From Octopus sinensis (taxonomy: Eukaryota), in assembly GCF_006345805.1 (NCBI RefSeq), contig NW_021833446.1:10272-74271 (forward strand): a stretch of 64,000 nucleotides of DNA, in the 5' to 3' direction. The notes below the pieces were generated by a model, which saw only the letters and a list, made by a program, of their open reading frames with translations, made no database searches and had not been told where the DNA came from. The position numbers and the translations under genes were made by a program. Positions 25,065-39,308 of the stretch are shown here, piece by piece (within the stretch, counting starts at the first letter, position 1; every line of letters begins with the position of its first letter).

Positions 25065-25534
25065 TGTGTGTGAGTGTATGAATAAGAGTGTAAGTTTGAG
25101 TGTGTGTATGTGTGTGTGTTTACAGTTTCTGATGTATATATACATATCTATTTATATATATATGTATATGTATATATACGAGTGGTGTGTATTGTTTATG
25201 TTAAATCGTTTGTAGGTTTTACGTGTTGTGTGATCTGTGACATGCATTTTATGAATTTGTGTGTGTGTGTGTGTATGAGTTGTGTGTTGCGTGTGTGTGT
25301 ATATGCTTATGCTATGTGTGTTATGTGTGTGTACATGCGTGTGGTTGTATATATGGTGAAGTCAGCGTTGATTGATTAGCAGTCATTGCCTGGGTTCCAA
25401 GATACGATAAATTTGTTGACATTTCCAAATTAGGGATCAATCAAATTCCAATGATCTATTGTCTGCCTCTCTGCTTTTCTGTATGTCTGTCTGCCTATCT
25501 GCCTCTAACTTTGTTTATCCATCAACATGCTGAT

Positions 25535-25991
<457 letters not shown>

Positions 25992-28900
25992 GCAACCAAA
26001 GCAGGGAGATACCTGAACCATGAAAGCTCCATACACGACCAAACAAGCACCAACACCACAAAAACACACACAATGCTATCAGCGATAGACACAAAAGACT
26101 CCAAACTAATGGAGTACATCACAGGCTACACAAACATCTGTGAAGATGACTTCAAAACTAACAACCATCCACGCACTACACCACCCAAACATATCAAAAT
26201 ACTACACATCACACAAACACAACACCACAAACTCAAAGCCCTCTCCCAAATGCTGTAGGGGTTTCCAAAAATATCTGTCCCAAAAACTTTATAGAAACCT
26301 CCTCGAAGACACATCAAAGAACGAGGAAGCCAAAACTTTCGACACAAGTAAGTAACCCTCTGTACTTTCCTTTTTGTGTTTCAAAGCACACACCCCAATA
26401 GAATCATGGTCAAGATTGGTTGTGTGAATGCGCGTGGTTTGGGGTCTCCTTGGAAACAAGGATACCTCCTAAATGACATCAAGTCACATGATTTGGGAAT
26501 CATAGCCATAAGTGAGACCAGACTCCACGAGCCACGGGCCCTAAAGTCCATGTTTGGCGGATAGTTTAACATTTATTTCGCTCCCTGTCTGCCGAGGATG
26601 GGCGGTAGTGGCACCGCGGTACTTTTTCACAAGAGCCTGGATCTCGAAGTCAAGACGATATTCGTAGACCCGGAAGGTAGACTGGTCGTTCTGGATGTCG
26701 ACGGTAGCAATGGGTGCGCTTTTCGACTCGTATCAGTCTACGCACCGCCCTTAACAGGTCGGGCGGATTTCTTTCGACGTCTAGAAGTATTCTTGGGAAC
26801 GTCTCGTCCTTTACTCTTAGTGGGGGATTGGAATGCTACCTTGGACACGCATGTAGACTACGTGGAAAGAGATAGAAACAGAAGGGGATGCAAATGCCTC
26901 AGAGACCTGCTCAGACGATTCCAACTGTCTGACAGGTACCGACTCGACCACCCAAATGCACCAACGTGGACATGGAGCAACCGCAGTGGGTCGTCGAGAT
27001 CGTATCTAGATAGGATACTGTGTAGGACAGTAGACAAGGATAACTTAGGATGTCCACAATTCCACACAGTCAGCTACACGGATCACAAATTGGTGACGTG
27101 TACGCTAGACTTAGATAAGGCACATAGACAGGGTCCTGGGTACTGGAAACTGAACGCATCTTTCCCGTCCAGACAAGTTTTCAGAGACCGGATTAGCACA
27201 CTAGTAAAGAGGGCTTTGACGGGAGCCATCATTAACAACAAATGGTGGTTTGCCCTCACGAGAGCAGTAAAAGCAGAAGCGATTAGGTACAGCAAAGCAC
27301 TAGCCATAGATAGAAATAGAGTAGAGGGTGAGCTAGTTAAGAAGCTAGAAGAGGCAATTAGAAGCGGCATCGCATCCGACGTTTTGGCGGCGAGGTTGGC
27401 CCTCGACCAACACTTCAACGCCAAACACGAAGGATGTGCTGTCAGAGCTAGGATACGTGCTCTAAGGAACGAAGGTGTTGGAGCCGCGAGAGAGGCCCGG
27501 GTGGAGAGGCGCAACAGGGCAACAAAGCCACCATTCGGTCACTGGTAGATGAACAGGGGCGCGAATTGCTCGAGCCAAGTAAAATGTGTGAGGCCTTTCA
27601 GCAGCATTTTGCCCGACTGTTCGGGACGAGTGGAGGGCAAGAACGTAGGGTGGACTTCAGTGCCTACCTACATAGCCTGCCACGACTCTCGACAAGAAAG
27701 GCAGGGTGCTGCGAATGGTGCCATCATGGCGCGGAAGTGCAGGAAGCGATAGCAGAATGCTCGAGGGACAAATCACCGGGTTTGGATGGTCTACCCTACG
27801 AGCTTTACAATTGTATGCCAGACTTGTTTGGAGACGTCTTGGCAGCGGTATACTGCAACTGGCAGCAAAACGGGAGCATTCCCGGTTTTGTGAGTCGAGG
27901 AGCTGTAACTCTGCTAAAGAAAGATCCAAACAAGGGAAACATTATAGATAACTTTAGACCAATCACGCTGCTCAATGCAGACCTGAAAATTTTGACAAAG
28001 GTGTTAGCCAAGAGGTTGGCGCTTGTCATCGAGAAACTGGTCGACAACGCACAAACGTGCGCCGTGCCGGGCCGGAGCATCCATGACAACCTCCATCTGA
28101 TGCGCTACATCATAGACAGGGTAGTTAACGAACCTGGCATGGGTGGGGCCCTGATCAACTTGGATCAATCGAAAGCCTTTGATAGGGTAGACCATCGATA
28201 CTTGGAGGCAGTCCTGAGAGCGGCTGGTTTCGGTCCCGTCTTCCGCGGCTGGATAGCTGCCTTGTACAGAGGCATCCGTTCGGTAATTCGCGCGTAAATG
28301 GACATCTATCGAGACCTTTCGACATTGCACGTTCGGTCCGTCAGGGATGTCCCCTCTCGGCGCTTCTATACGTATTGACTCTTGAGCCACTACTGCGGAA
28401 GCTGGCGACTCTAAGGGGCATCCCGCGAGAATTGGGATGCGGGACGAGCGTGTCTGCATACGCGGACGACGTCACCGTCATAGTGTCAAGCCACGAGCAC
28501 ATCGAGCGGGTCGGCGAGACACTGAAAGACTACGAAGCGGTGACAGGAGCAAAAATCAACCGGGAAAAGTCAGTGGGCTTGCGGCTCGGCACCTGGAGAA
28601 GCAAGCCCATGCCGTCCACCAGCGCCTCCGTCGTGGGACGCTGGACAGACGGCCCGGTCGAGTTGCTCGGGGTTTGGTTCGGTCCGGACCTCCAATGGAG
28701 AAAACTGGAACGAGATAACGAGTAGGGTGGTCACTCTCGCCCAGCAATGGGCCGAGAGGAAACTGTCCCTAAAAGGTCGGGCGGAGGTGGTGAACGCGTA
28801 CATCGCGTCCATCATCTACTACCGCCTGACCGTCGTACCTTGTCCCGACCCTACCATCACCAAACTAGAACGCATCCTCTTCCGCTTCTTGTGGAAAGGA

Positions 28901-30208
28901 TGCGTCCCGATGGTCAGGCGATCCATTTGCTGTCAACACCCGTTAAAAGGAGGGCTGGGCATGCCGTGGTTGATGATGCGCAGACACGCGCTGAGACTGC
29001 GACATCTCCGGCTCTGTGTAGACGACGGTGAACAGGTGTGGTCGCCGTTTGTGAGGCACGCATTCCCGCAACTCGTCTCCATGACCGAACTACAGTCGTG
29101 GATCAAAAAGAGGCCGAGGAAGGGCGATTGGCACCGCGAGTGTCGCGTTGCTCTCAAGCAACTCTGTCGTCCCGGGTCGACCTTAAGTGACTTCAACACA
29201 ACCAAAGCATTCTATAGGGGATTAGTGGAGGGGAGGTACGACGACGAGCTCGGGGCAAACCTGGGCGTCGACGAGGAATACCTGACCCGCCTGTTTCAAA
29301 CGACTTTCGGCCCGGGACCTATGGACAACTTCCAGAGATCCCTGGCCTGGCGGTGCTACCGAGAAGCGCTACCCGTTCGGGATAAGCTCTATAGGCATGG
29401 CTCGAGAAACACGGGGCCGACCTGCCCGAGATGCGGTCAGAGCGACGAAACCGCTCTGCACGCAATCGTGCAGTGTCCAGCAATTCCCACCTGTGGGCTT
29501 ATGTCGAACGACTGCTGTCACGTGTGGGACGTGTCGGTTTATCAGCCGAGTCTATCGTTAATATCGTCACGCCTCCTTCCTTCAAACGGGAAGGAAGAGC
29601 TATTTTTATCATACTTGTGGCTATGGCGAAAGAATGTATCAGGTGGACGCGCCTGAAAGGATTAGAGACAAACACTTTCCTCTCTGGTCAATCTCTCATC
29701 AACTTCTTCAAGTATCACTTGAAGAGGAAAGTGAGAGTAGAGAGGCAAGTTTTGTCTAGTGAATGTTTTAAAAAAGATGGGTGAATGTAGCAAGGATGGT
29801 ACGTATGAATGACGAAGCCACCTTGACTATGATTCTATGAACATAAAATTAATACAGAGAGTTGCTTATTTGCAAAAAAAAAGAAATATAATATGTGACT
29901 TCATTGACCGAGGTTACCGTGGTCTTTTCCGTAGGCTTTTCTTTCCACGGGTAAACCTCACCTGTTCTCCACTTTACACTTCATATTGACATTTCTGTGA
30001 TAACGATCCCTATTGATCAATTTTTTTGCTCTCCCCCCACCTTTTTTTTTTTTATTAACCCCTACCTTTTTTTTTTAGTCCTCTTTCTTTCCTTTTACGA
30101 TCCCTTTTGATCGAAAACCACCACTCCCTTTTTTTTACCCCCAAAAGAAAAGCTCTACCTTGTAATTTGTTCTATCTGTGTGCAGCCCTGTGTGGCTAAT
30201 AAAGAAAC
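25992..30208 (+). mobile_element. Tx1/L1-clade LINE copy 3: putative ORF1 3' remnant plus near-complete pseudogenised ORF2
   Basis: ORF2 from ATG 26406 to TGA 29838-29840: APE (NARGL, ISETR, VYAP, VGDWN, SYLDRI, TDH), RT (FRPITLLNAD, DQSKAFDRV, YADD), CCHC knuckle; several stops (26562, 27546, 28295) and frameshifts. Confidence 0.93.
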
Positions 30209-30436
<228 letters not shown>

Positions 30437-31388
30437 CTGGGGCATGCCGTGGTTGATGATGCGCAGACAGGACGACTTTCGGGCCAGGGCCCATGGACAA
30501 CTTCCAGAGATCCCTGGCCTGGCAGTGCTACCGAGAAGCGCTACCCGTTCGGGATAAGCTCTACAGACACGGCTCGAGAAACACGGGGCCGACCTGCCCG
30601 AGATGCGGTCAGAGCGACGAAACCGTTCTGCACGCACTCGTGCAGTGTCCAACAATTTCCGACCTGTGGGCTTGTGTCGAACAACTGCTGTCACGTGTGG
30701 GACGAGTCGGTTTATCAGCTGAGTCTATCGTTAATATTGTCACGCCTCCCTCCTTCAAACGGGAAGGAAGAGCTATTTTTATCATCCTTGTGGCTATGGC
30801 GAAAGAATGTATCTGGTGGACGCGTCTGAAAGGATTGGAGACAAACACTTTCCTCTCTGGTCAATCTCTCATCAACTTCTTCAAGTACTACTTGAAAAGG
30901 AAAGTGAGAGTAGAGAGGCAAGTTTTGTCTAGCGAATGTTTTAAAAAAAGATGGGTGAATGTAGCAAGAATGGCACGTATGAATGACGAAGCCACCTTGA
31001 GCATGATCCTATGAACCCAGAAATTGAAAACAGAGAGTTGCTTATTTGCAAAAAAAAAAAAAAAAAGAAATATAACATGTGACTCCATTGACCGAGGTTA
31101 CCGTGGTCTTTTCCGTAGGCTTTTCTTTCCACGGTTAACCTCACCTGTCCCCCCTTACACTTCATATTGACATTTCTGTGATAACGATCCCTATTGATCA
31201 ATTTTTTTTTTCCCTCTCCCCCTTTTTTTTTAACCCCCCTCTTTTTTGTCCTCTTTCTCTCCCTTTACGATCCCTTTTGATCGAAACTCCCCCTTCCTTT
31301 TTTTTTTTTTTTTTAAACCTTCAAAAGAAAAGCTCTACCTTGTAATTTGTTCTATCTGTGTGCAGCCCTGTGTGGCTAATAAAGAAAC
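30437..31388 (+). mobile_element. Tx1/L1-clade LINE copy 4, 5'-truncated with an internal deletion
   Basis: ORF 30493-31014 matches copies 1-3; about 31 bp of upstream sequence joined across a gap of about 310 bp. Confidence 0.9.
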
Positions 31389-31517
31389 ATATCTATCTAT
31401 CCATCTATCTATCCATCTATCCATCTATCTATCCATCTATCTATCCATCTATCTGTCTATCTATCTATCTACTTGTTTGTCTATCCATCTATCTATCCAT
31501 CTATCTATCTATCTATA

Positions 31518-31551
<34 letters not shown>

Positions 31552-31555
31552 CCTC
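31389..31555 (+). repeat. (TATC)n array 3' of copy 4
   Basis: Directly visible. Confidence 0.95.
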
Positions 31556-32054
31556 TCTCTCTCTGTCTGTATGTCTGTCTGTCTTTCTCTTTCCTCCTGT
31601 CAGTCTTTCTCTCTGCCTATCTGTTCTATTTAATCCAAATCGTAACCGCTCCCTCTTACGCTACTGTTTTCCTGATGGCTGTTTAATCCAGTTTTCAACT
31701 CCTGTTATTTTTTCTTCTAAAAAAGAAGAAATCTACAGCGTTTTTGAAACTGTGAAAACTATTTTCTTTGTGCAACTCATCTTGATTCGAGGAGTGAATT
31801 CAGATTGTCGCTGAGAATTGAAAATATTCACATATAATATCACAGCAAGGAGTATAACAGCTAATACAAGTACATATCTGCAAACCGTGTATGTTCAGTT
31901 AAAATCAAATACTTGTGACGGGAAGCAGGGAGCTGAAATGGATGCTAGAATTAGATGCTAGAATTTCAGGTGCTGGGACAATAATGTAGCAGCTCCTGCA
32001 TTCGATCTTCAATTCGGTTTTCATGCTCATCCTCTGTAATTCTCATCAATTTTG

Positions 32055-32590
32055 GTTAATGACCAAAAGGGTATGATCACGTATACTAAAGGCCAAGATA
32101 GGGGTCTTCTGAATGACCTCCGGAGTAATGTTACTCGACGAGGTTGCGTAGCTCGAAGGTCAGGGCGCCTCGCCTGGTCAAGGTGTTACCTGTCTACAGG
32201 TCAAGGTGTTACCTGTCTACAGGTCAAGGTGTTACCTGTCTACAGGTCAAGGTGTTACCTCTTTACAGATCAAGGTGTTACCTCTCTACAGGTCAAGGTG
32301 TTGCCTCTCTACACTTAGAGGTAACAGAACTGGTACTATGGACATGGGATTAGAATATCGCAGGAAAGAATCAGAAAACGGATTCTCCACGCCGAGTCAG
32401 CCGGCAGAAGACTTAGGGGTAGACCAAGAATGGATTGGTTGGATAATATCCATAGTCTCAGTTGGACCTGCTTGGGAATCTATCCGGAAAGTGTAATGAC
32501 TTTTGCATCAGATAGGATCCTATGGAGGAAGTACTTGAGGCCTTTACTTCCCCGAGAAATTGGGTGGAGAGAATGGATGAATGGTGGAGC
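32055..32590 (+). mobile_element. RTE-clade LINE 3' fragment, decayed
   Basis: YYGHGIRISQERIRKRILHAESAGRRLRGRPRMDWLDNI..LGIYPESVMTFASDRILWR resembles the RTE C-terminus (RGRPRxRWxD...AxDRxxWR). Confidence 0.8.
32176..32313 (+). repeat. 23-bp minisatellite x6 (GGTCAAGGTGTTACCTGTCTACA)
   Basis: Units start at 32176, 32199, 32222, 32245, 32268 and 32291 with no spacers. Confidence 0.95.
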
Positions 32591-32684
32591 ATTCCTTAAA
32601 CTTACTGAGTCTGATTTAGACGATTCACGAACTGTTGTAAGACACGGGCGCCATATTTGATGTCTCCTTGGTAGGAATTTTATA

Positions 32685-33195
32685 ACTTTACTTCTTTTAC
32701 TTGCTTCAGTCATTGAACTATGGCCATGCTGGGGCACTGCTTTGATAGGTTTTAGTTAAACAAGTCGAATCCAGTAATTATTTTAAGCCTAGTACTTGTT
32801 CTGTTAGTCTGTTTTGCGTAAACGCTAAATTACGGAGAAGTAAACAAACCAACAAAGGTTGTCAAGCTGTGGTGCGGACAATCCCAAACACAATAAAACA
32901 CACTCTTGCACACACACACACACGCAGACACGCACACACACACACACTCTCACACGCAGACACGCACACTCTCACACACGCAGACACACACACTCTCACA
33001 CACGCACACACATACACACACACTCTCACACACATTCGTGTGTGTATATAGGCGGGATTCCACACAGTTTCCATGGACAATATACATTCACAAGGCCCGG
33101 GTCTATAATAGAAGGCACTTGCCCAAAGTGCTGCGTATTGAGATTGAACCCGAAACCATATGGTTGCATAATGAACTTCTTAACCATACAGTGAC
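32685..33195 (-). mobile_element. SINE family B, diverged, with expanded central CA tract
   Basis: Tail half 32685-32900 and head half 33040-33195. Confidence 0.75.
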
Positions 33196-33811
33196 ATTGA
33201 TCACTATATGGTTAATTACTGTTAGTCGTAAATCACTCCTAAAACCCTTTATAGGGCAGGATTGAACGCATAACGTCACACCCAATAAATAACGCACGCC
33301 ATTTTGCCCAGCTTTTTTCAGATTCTGCAAATAAAAAATTTAGTATTAAATACTACAAAAGATCAAAAACTGGATTTGATCTGGATAAATATCCTTCCCA
33401 TGAGTTTTACTGACGTAATTGAAGTGAAACTGTTTCTACAGGGAATCTAAATAGGATCAAAAATTTATTTCGCTGCTAATTTTACGGTACAACATGGCGG
33501 AAATATAATTTTTTCAATTATTTTCTTTCTTCTTTATTTCATAATTGAATTTGAATAAAATAGGCTCCTGGTTCAGAAATTCTTACTGATATCGTTTAGC
33601 TTTTCTTAATTAGAAACTATCAATTTTTAACGTTAATGAGCAGCCAATGAATTTCCAAGGGACGTAATAACGCTTCACAAAGAAGCAAAAATGTGATTAT
33701 TATTATTATTATTATTATTAAATGACAAGCGAAAATGTTTTGAAATGGAAAAAATTAAAACAAAACAAAAAGGAAATGATGTTCAGCAATATTAATGATG
33801 ATGATGGTATG

Positions 33812-33870
<59 letters not shown>

Positions 33871-34572
33871 TATTATTATTAATAATAATTGTTATTTTTG
33901 TTTTTGTTATAAAGCAATTTTATTGTTGTCATTGTTACAATATTTCTGTTGATTCCGTTTTCTCTTTTAGTATACATTTTACTTTTGTTTTTCGTTTTGT
34001 TTTCTTTGATCCATTTTTTTGTGTTATTATTTTGGTTTTTAATAATCTCCGAATCTTTATTTCCAATCTTTAGAAATATTCGATTGCAGTTTTATTAAAT
34101 TTCGTTTTACAACTGAAAAACGAAAACTGAAATAAATAGAACAACAAAACACAACCACAATTCCGACAAAAGCAACAACAACAGTAGCAACAACAACGAT
34201 AACATGAACGACAACAACAACGACTCAATTTCCTACGCGATTAGTATTAAGTATCTCCCTTATATTTTATAAACACAAAAAGAAACCAACAAAACCGACA
34301 AAGTGACAACAGTGGCGCTCTTCTATGGTTGATAGAAATAGGAGCCAAATCTTCCTCATATCATATCCTACTGTTAAAAAAAAAACGGACGCAGTTCCTG
34401 ATGCTCTGCACATCGGAAAAATACTGGATAATTTTGGCTTCAGTGTATTTGATCTATAACCTACTTGGATGGACAGAGTTTACATGAGGCTAATAACCAC
34501 AACAATAACAAACCCAGTTATACTGAGATTTGGAGACAGAGCACAGAAAGAAAAAATAAAATTATGATGATG

Positions 34573-34648
<76 letters not shown>

Positions 34649-34654
34649 AATAAT

Positions 34655-35207
34655 GCCCTGATGCAGTACCAGGCAGTGGCTCTCATGGCTTCTGATCTTA
34701 ACTGATTGGAAGTGTTATCATGTACTTGTTTTGTCTTGGTATAAAAGATGGGCTACAGCAAATATTCTGCTCAATACCACAGATTTGCTTGTCAGTTGTT
34801 TGACCTTAACCAGTTGAGCATGTCCCTTAGTGGCTGACGATATGTGCATCTCTGATCACGAGCAGAAGTAGTGGGGGAGCATCATAGCCATGTGTTGAGA
34901 GGGATTCTTTGGGGTTTGAATAATTCACCTCTGGAAACATGGGTGGTTCTTTCAACATCCTTAAACAACCCTTAATCAGGGACCTTTTGAGCGGGATGGG
35001 CTACTCAACCTGAAGAAAATTCTAACTGGGCCCCACCTGTGAGGTCATGCACTGTTTATCTTGATGTGTGATCACTATGTCATGCACATATGGTTGTGAT
35101 GCATGTGCCTGGTGTACCTTTATCAGACGGGTAGTCATGATGGGTATATTGGGCTTCGTATATTTTACCTCAGTGTCACTTTGATGGCATGAACTGCTCT
35201 CTCACTC
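34655..35207. mobile_element. 553-bp non-coding high-complexity insert within (TAA)n
   Basis: Sharp boundaries (aat)n|gccctgatgc ... ctctcactc|(aat)n; no long ORF; orientation undetermined. Confidence 0.65.
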
Positions 35208-35289
35208 AATAATAATAATAATAATAATAATAATCAAATAATAATAAAACCAGAAGAAGAGCGCAACTGTAATTGGTAACGAATAGAGA

Positions 35290-36430
35290 CTGACACTGTT
35301 TATTAAAATGAGAATGAAACGAATGAACAGTATTTCGACATTCCGTGTGTCTTTTACAAGTTCAAAATATAAAATGAAATTAGATTCAAAGATAGGAAAC
35401 GCTGAAACATTCAAAATTAAACCGGAATAACTGCGGGTGGGGGGTGCAGCGTTCAGAAACTCTACGTCTAAAGGCTACCATTGGCGGAAGAGGAAATATT
35501 TGTCAGAAGTGAGGACATTTCTCTGAAACATGTTGGTAACTTTCATGCAACACTTTTGAAATGCCAGCGAAACTTCGGTGCCAGTTAATCCCTGAAGGAA
35601 TTCAGCCGTAAGATCTTTTCTGACTGCTAAAATTAGGCGGGAAAGTATTTGCTTGTTTCCAATAATCATCCAATGTCTGTGCCAATCCATTTTATCCTCA
35701 AAAACTGGGACTTCGGATTTGATCTGGTTGTATGATGGGGATGATCAGAGCGGCGGTGGAGATAAATATGGGATGACGTGGGTTTGCAAAATAATTCGGC
35801 CTTAACTTTTGTCTCCAAAAATTCGATGCTAGTTTTTGGAAAGCTCGACCTGAATTTTATTTTGGACTTAAAGCCATAGTCTTCTGCGAATCAGTCACAG
35901 TAATGTCAAAATTTGACTAAACTATCCTGTGTTCCTTCTCAGACAAAAAAGACGTCGTCAATGAACCGTAACCAGAATATAGGTTCATGACCATGCAGGG
36001 ATTTGAATGTCTCCATTAATTGCGTTTCAAATATTATCAAGAAGATATTTGCAAAATTAACTGCCATAGGGGTTCCCATGGTGCATCCCTTCGTCTGATG
36101 GAAAAATTTTTCTCCAAACTTCATTGTGTAACAAATTTTAATAACATTGAGTAACAAATTGTAACAAATTTTAATAACTTACAGAGAAACTTTGAGGGAA
36201 ACTTCAAAGGCTTCCAGGCATGCTTCCATCCCCTCATCGTGATCGATGTTAGGGTATAACGAAGAGATATCCATGGTTACCAAAAATCAATCTATCACAG
36301 TCTTCGGTGTTTAGAATATTTGTTCAATTGGAAGCAAACTCAAAAGTATCCCTAATGCAGGAACTTGATCATTTAGCTACTGGCAGCAGAAAGTCATCCA
36401 GCCATTCGAAATTTTAGCAGAGCAACATTC
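35290..36430 (-). mobile_element. Penelope-like element RT fragment, decayed, with pLTR-like end
   Basis: [19 protein letters not shown] and FGEKFFHQTKGCTMGTPMAVNFANIF...WLRFIDDVFF are PLE-type RT motifs; degenerate hammerhead-like motif at 35325-35363. Confidence 0.8.
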
Positions 36431-36509
36431 ATTGGAGTTTCACCGGGGAGTTTCTCTGGGGCAGGAGAAACTCCAACGAGGGCCAATAATAATAATAATG
36501 ATAATAATA

Positions 36510-36688
36510 ATCCTTTCTGCTAAAGGCACAAGGCCTGAAATTTGGCGGAAGTGGGGAGACTAGTCGATTATATTGACTCCAATGTTTCACTGGTTCTTAA
36601 TTTATCGTCCCCGAAAGGATGAAAGGAAAAGTCTACCTCGACAGAATTTGAACTCAGAACGTACATGCGAACGAAATGCCGCTAAGCC
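36510..36688 (-). mobile_element. SINE family A
   Basis: Core motif; tail abuts (AAT)n. Confidence 0.85.
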
Positions 36689-36941
36689 AAGAAAAATTAA
36701 GGTGGACGAAGACATTAATGATTAGATCTATCACGATATTTGATTGGTAAATATTTTATCGATCTCCGGGAAACGGGAGGCACAGTCTATGTTGGTGGGA
36801 CGCGAACACAAAGCGTAAGATTTACCACCCCTCCTCTTCCTGCTGCTGCTGCTACTACTGCTACTACTACTACTACTACTACTACTAGTACTGCTGCTGC
36901 TGCTGTTGCTGCTACTATTACTACTACTACTGCTGCTGCTG

Positions 36942-36973
<32 letters not shown>

Positions 36974-37426
36974 GCTACTACTACTACTACTACTACTACT
37001 ACTAGTCGATGTGCTTCATGCAGCAAATAGTTTGATGAGATAACCATCTGTAGAACTCGGTGCTGTGATAACGTTAAACGGCTTCTTCTAATTGAGGATG
37101 GATTGATGAAAGGAAAGATTTAATAAAAGTTAGTAAAGGGAGAATTAATGAAGAAATCTCATTAAGAAGATTGGAAATTAGGTTGAGGCGGCAACCATAC
37201 AACCAAAGTCGAATGGCAAATGAGGAACGCGCGCACACACGCACTCCCATGCACGCGCGCACGCACGCTCGCACGAAAATACACATATCTATATATGTTA
37301 TTCTGCCAGTCACGATATGTGTTCGTGCGTTACACTTTTAACAACCTTAGCTAGGGAACCAAGACGAAACCAGAATAGAAATCTTTATCAGAATCTATGA
37401 GATCCCAGGGTCACACATTCAACACG

Positions 37427-37460
<34 letters not shown>

Positions 37461-37559
37461 TGTATGTATGTATGTATGTATGTATGTATGTATGTATGTA
37501 TGTATGTATGTATGTATGTATGTATTTGTGTGTGTGTGTGGATGTGTGTATATGTGGAT

Positions 37560-37769
37560 GTGTGTATATACATTCGCCATGATAGATCACTAGCCACTAC
37601 CCATTTTTTATTTTCTCTCCTTGTTTCATTCTGTGTCCCTTTCTGTGGAAGAGCGTAGACTCGAAACGTTAAAGACTTTTTCCCTTCCCGAGCGTTATAC
37701 TAATACATCTGTTTGTTTTGTATACCACCTGTCTTCGTCTTCGAGTTTCTTTTTTGTGTGAATTCCCCC

Positions 37770-37772
<3 letters not shown>
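37560..37772 (+). repeat. Penelope-like pLTR relic with a degenerate hammerhead-like motif
   Basis: ctgtggaa-GAGC-gtag-ACTC-GAAA-cgtta-aagac; core mutated. Confidence 0.5.
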
Positions 37773-37819
<47 letters not shown>

Positions 37820-39084
37820 AGTGAACAAATGCATATATAGCATGTACGTATTTTAGATGTACATTTGAATATAACTGTGCGCGTATGGGTATGTGCACAT
37901 GTGTGTGTGTGTGCGCGCGCGTGTTTGCGGATATACATATGTGTACATCGTGCGTGTGTGTGTGGATCTGTGCGGGTACGTACATTTGTATGGTTGCATA
38001 TATATGTGGGTGTACATGCATTTGTTCCACGCGAGTGTGAATGAGCATATAGCATGCGCGTATTTTTAGACGTGTATTTGAATATAACTGTGCACGTATG
38101 GGTATGTGCACGTGTGTGTGTGTATGTGTACGCACGCGTGTGTGGATATGTATACGTGTACATGCATGGTTGCATATATATGTGCATATGTTGCCGTATG
38201 TGTGGGTGCGCATGTGTGTGTTTCATGCGAGTGTGAGGGAGGATATGCATATAGTCACATGTACATGGGTGTGCGTGCGCATATGTGTATGTATGTTCAT
38301 GCGCGCATACGCGATTGCTATGCGCAGTTTTACTCCTTTACTTGTTTACTTCCACCCCTTCGGTTTTTTCCTTATTTAATGGTCATTCTAATAGCTTTTT
38401 GTCTTAATAACGGTCAATTACATAGTAATTTCCCTTTGTTTAACGGTCATTTTCATAGCCTCGATAACTGAAGAGATGCCGGTGTAGGCCCTCAGAAATT
38501 CTGGGTTTGTGTCTGGCATGCTGAGTAACCACTCGAAGTGAGGTGACCTTTAGCTTTTCTTAAAGCATACCTCTTGAACCATCTTCAAACCCAAGTTATG
38601 TCTGTTCTGATAATCGGCGGTGGATCTCTGCGACGGTCGACAATCGAGGGCAAAATCCACTGCTTCGGATCACAGTACCCCAAAGTATGTATGCATGGGA
38701 CCGGGGACCACATGTGCCCTTGTATTTCCACTGAATCTCCGAATATGAACTCTACGCCACAGCAGTGAGTGACAACTCTGGCTGCAGTGTATGCGCTATC
38801 CAACGCGCTTGCTCACCCAATGGCCATTACAGACTGGACAGTGGCCGACCGTCGGATGTGGTCAGTATTCATGAGGTACGTGGGGAACTCATTGGTCGGT
38901 GTCAGCTTAACTCACCCCTGGTGAATACCGCCGCAATACAAATAAGCTATATCTATGTTTGTGTTCATGGATAATTTGTAGTTGTGTGGTGAATATGAAT
39001 TTCGCTTTAGTAAACAAGTGTTTGTGCTTCACTCTTACGTATGTCTGTTCATACATTCCATATGTATATGAGGATGTGTATACC

Positions 39085-39308
39085 AACTCATAAGGTCCGG
39101 TTTCCTGGTTTCCCGGCGTATACATACCCCACCTGGATGGGACGCCGATCCGTCGGTGGATTGCTCATTTTTGCCCGCTGAGCGGACTGGAGTAACGTGT
39201 AATGAAGTGTTTTTGTTCAAGAACACAACGCGTCGCCCTGTCCAAGAATCGAAACCACAATCTTACGATAATGAATCCAACATCCTAACCACTAAACCAC
39301 GCGCCTCC
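39085..39308 (-). mobile_element. tRNA-derived SINE with CORE-like body
   Basis: Minus head ggaggcgcgtggtttagtggttagg...ggtttcgattc; body shared with 23902 and 52425. Confidence 0.75.

Noticed and set aside
26406-29840. Intact, active LINE ORF2
   Set aside because: At least three in-frame stops and several frameshifts.
32176-32313. CRISPR-like 23-bp direct repeats
   Set aside because: No spacers, no cas genes, eukaryotic context; a simple tandem repeat.
37820-38330. Approximately 213-bp imperfect duplication in an alternating purine-pyrimidine tract
   Set aside because: Explained by ordinary slippage or duplication in low-complexity DNA.
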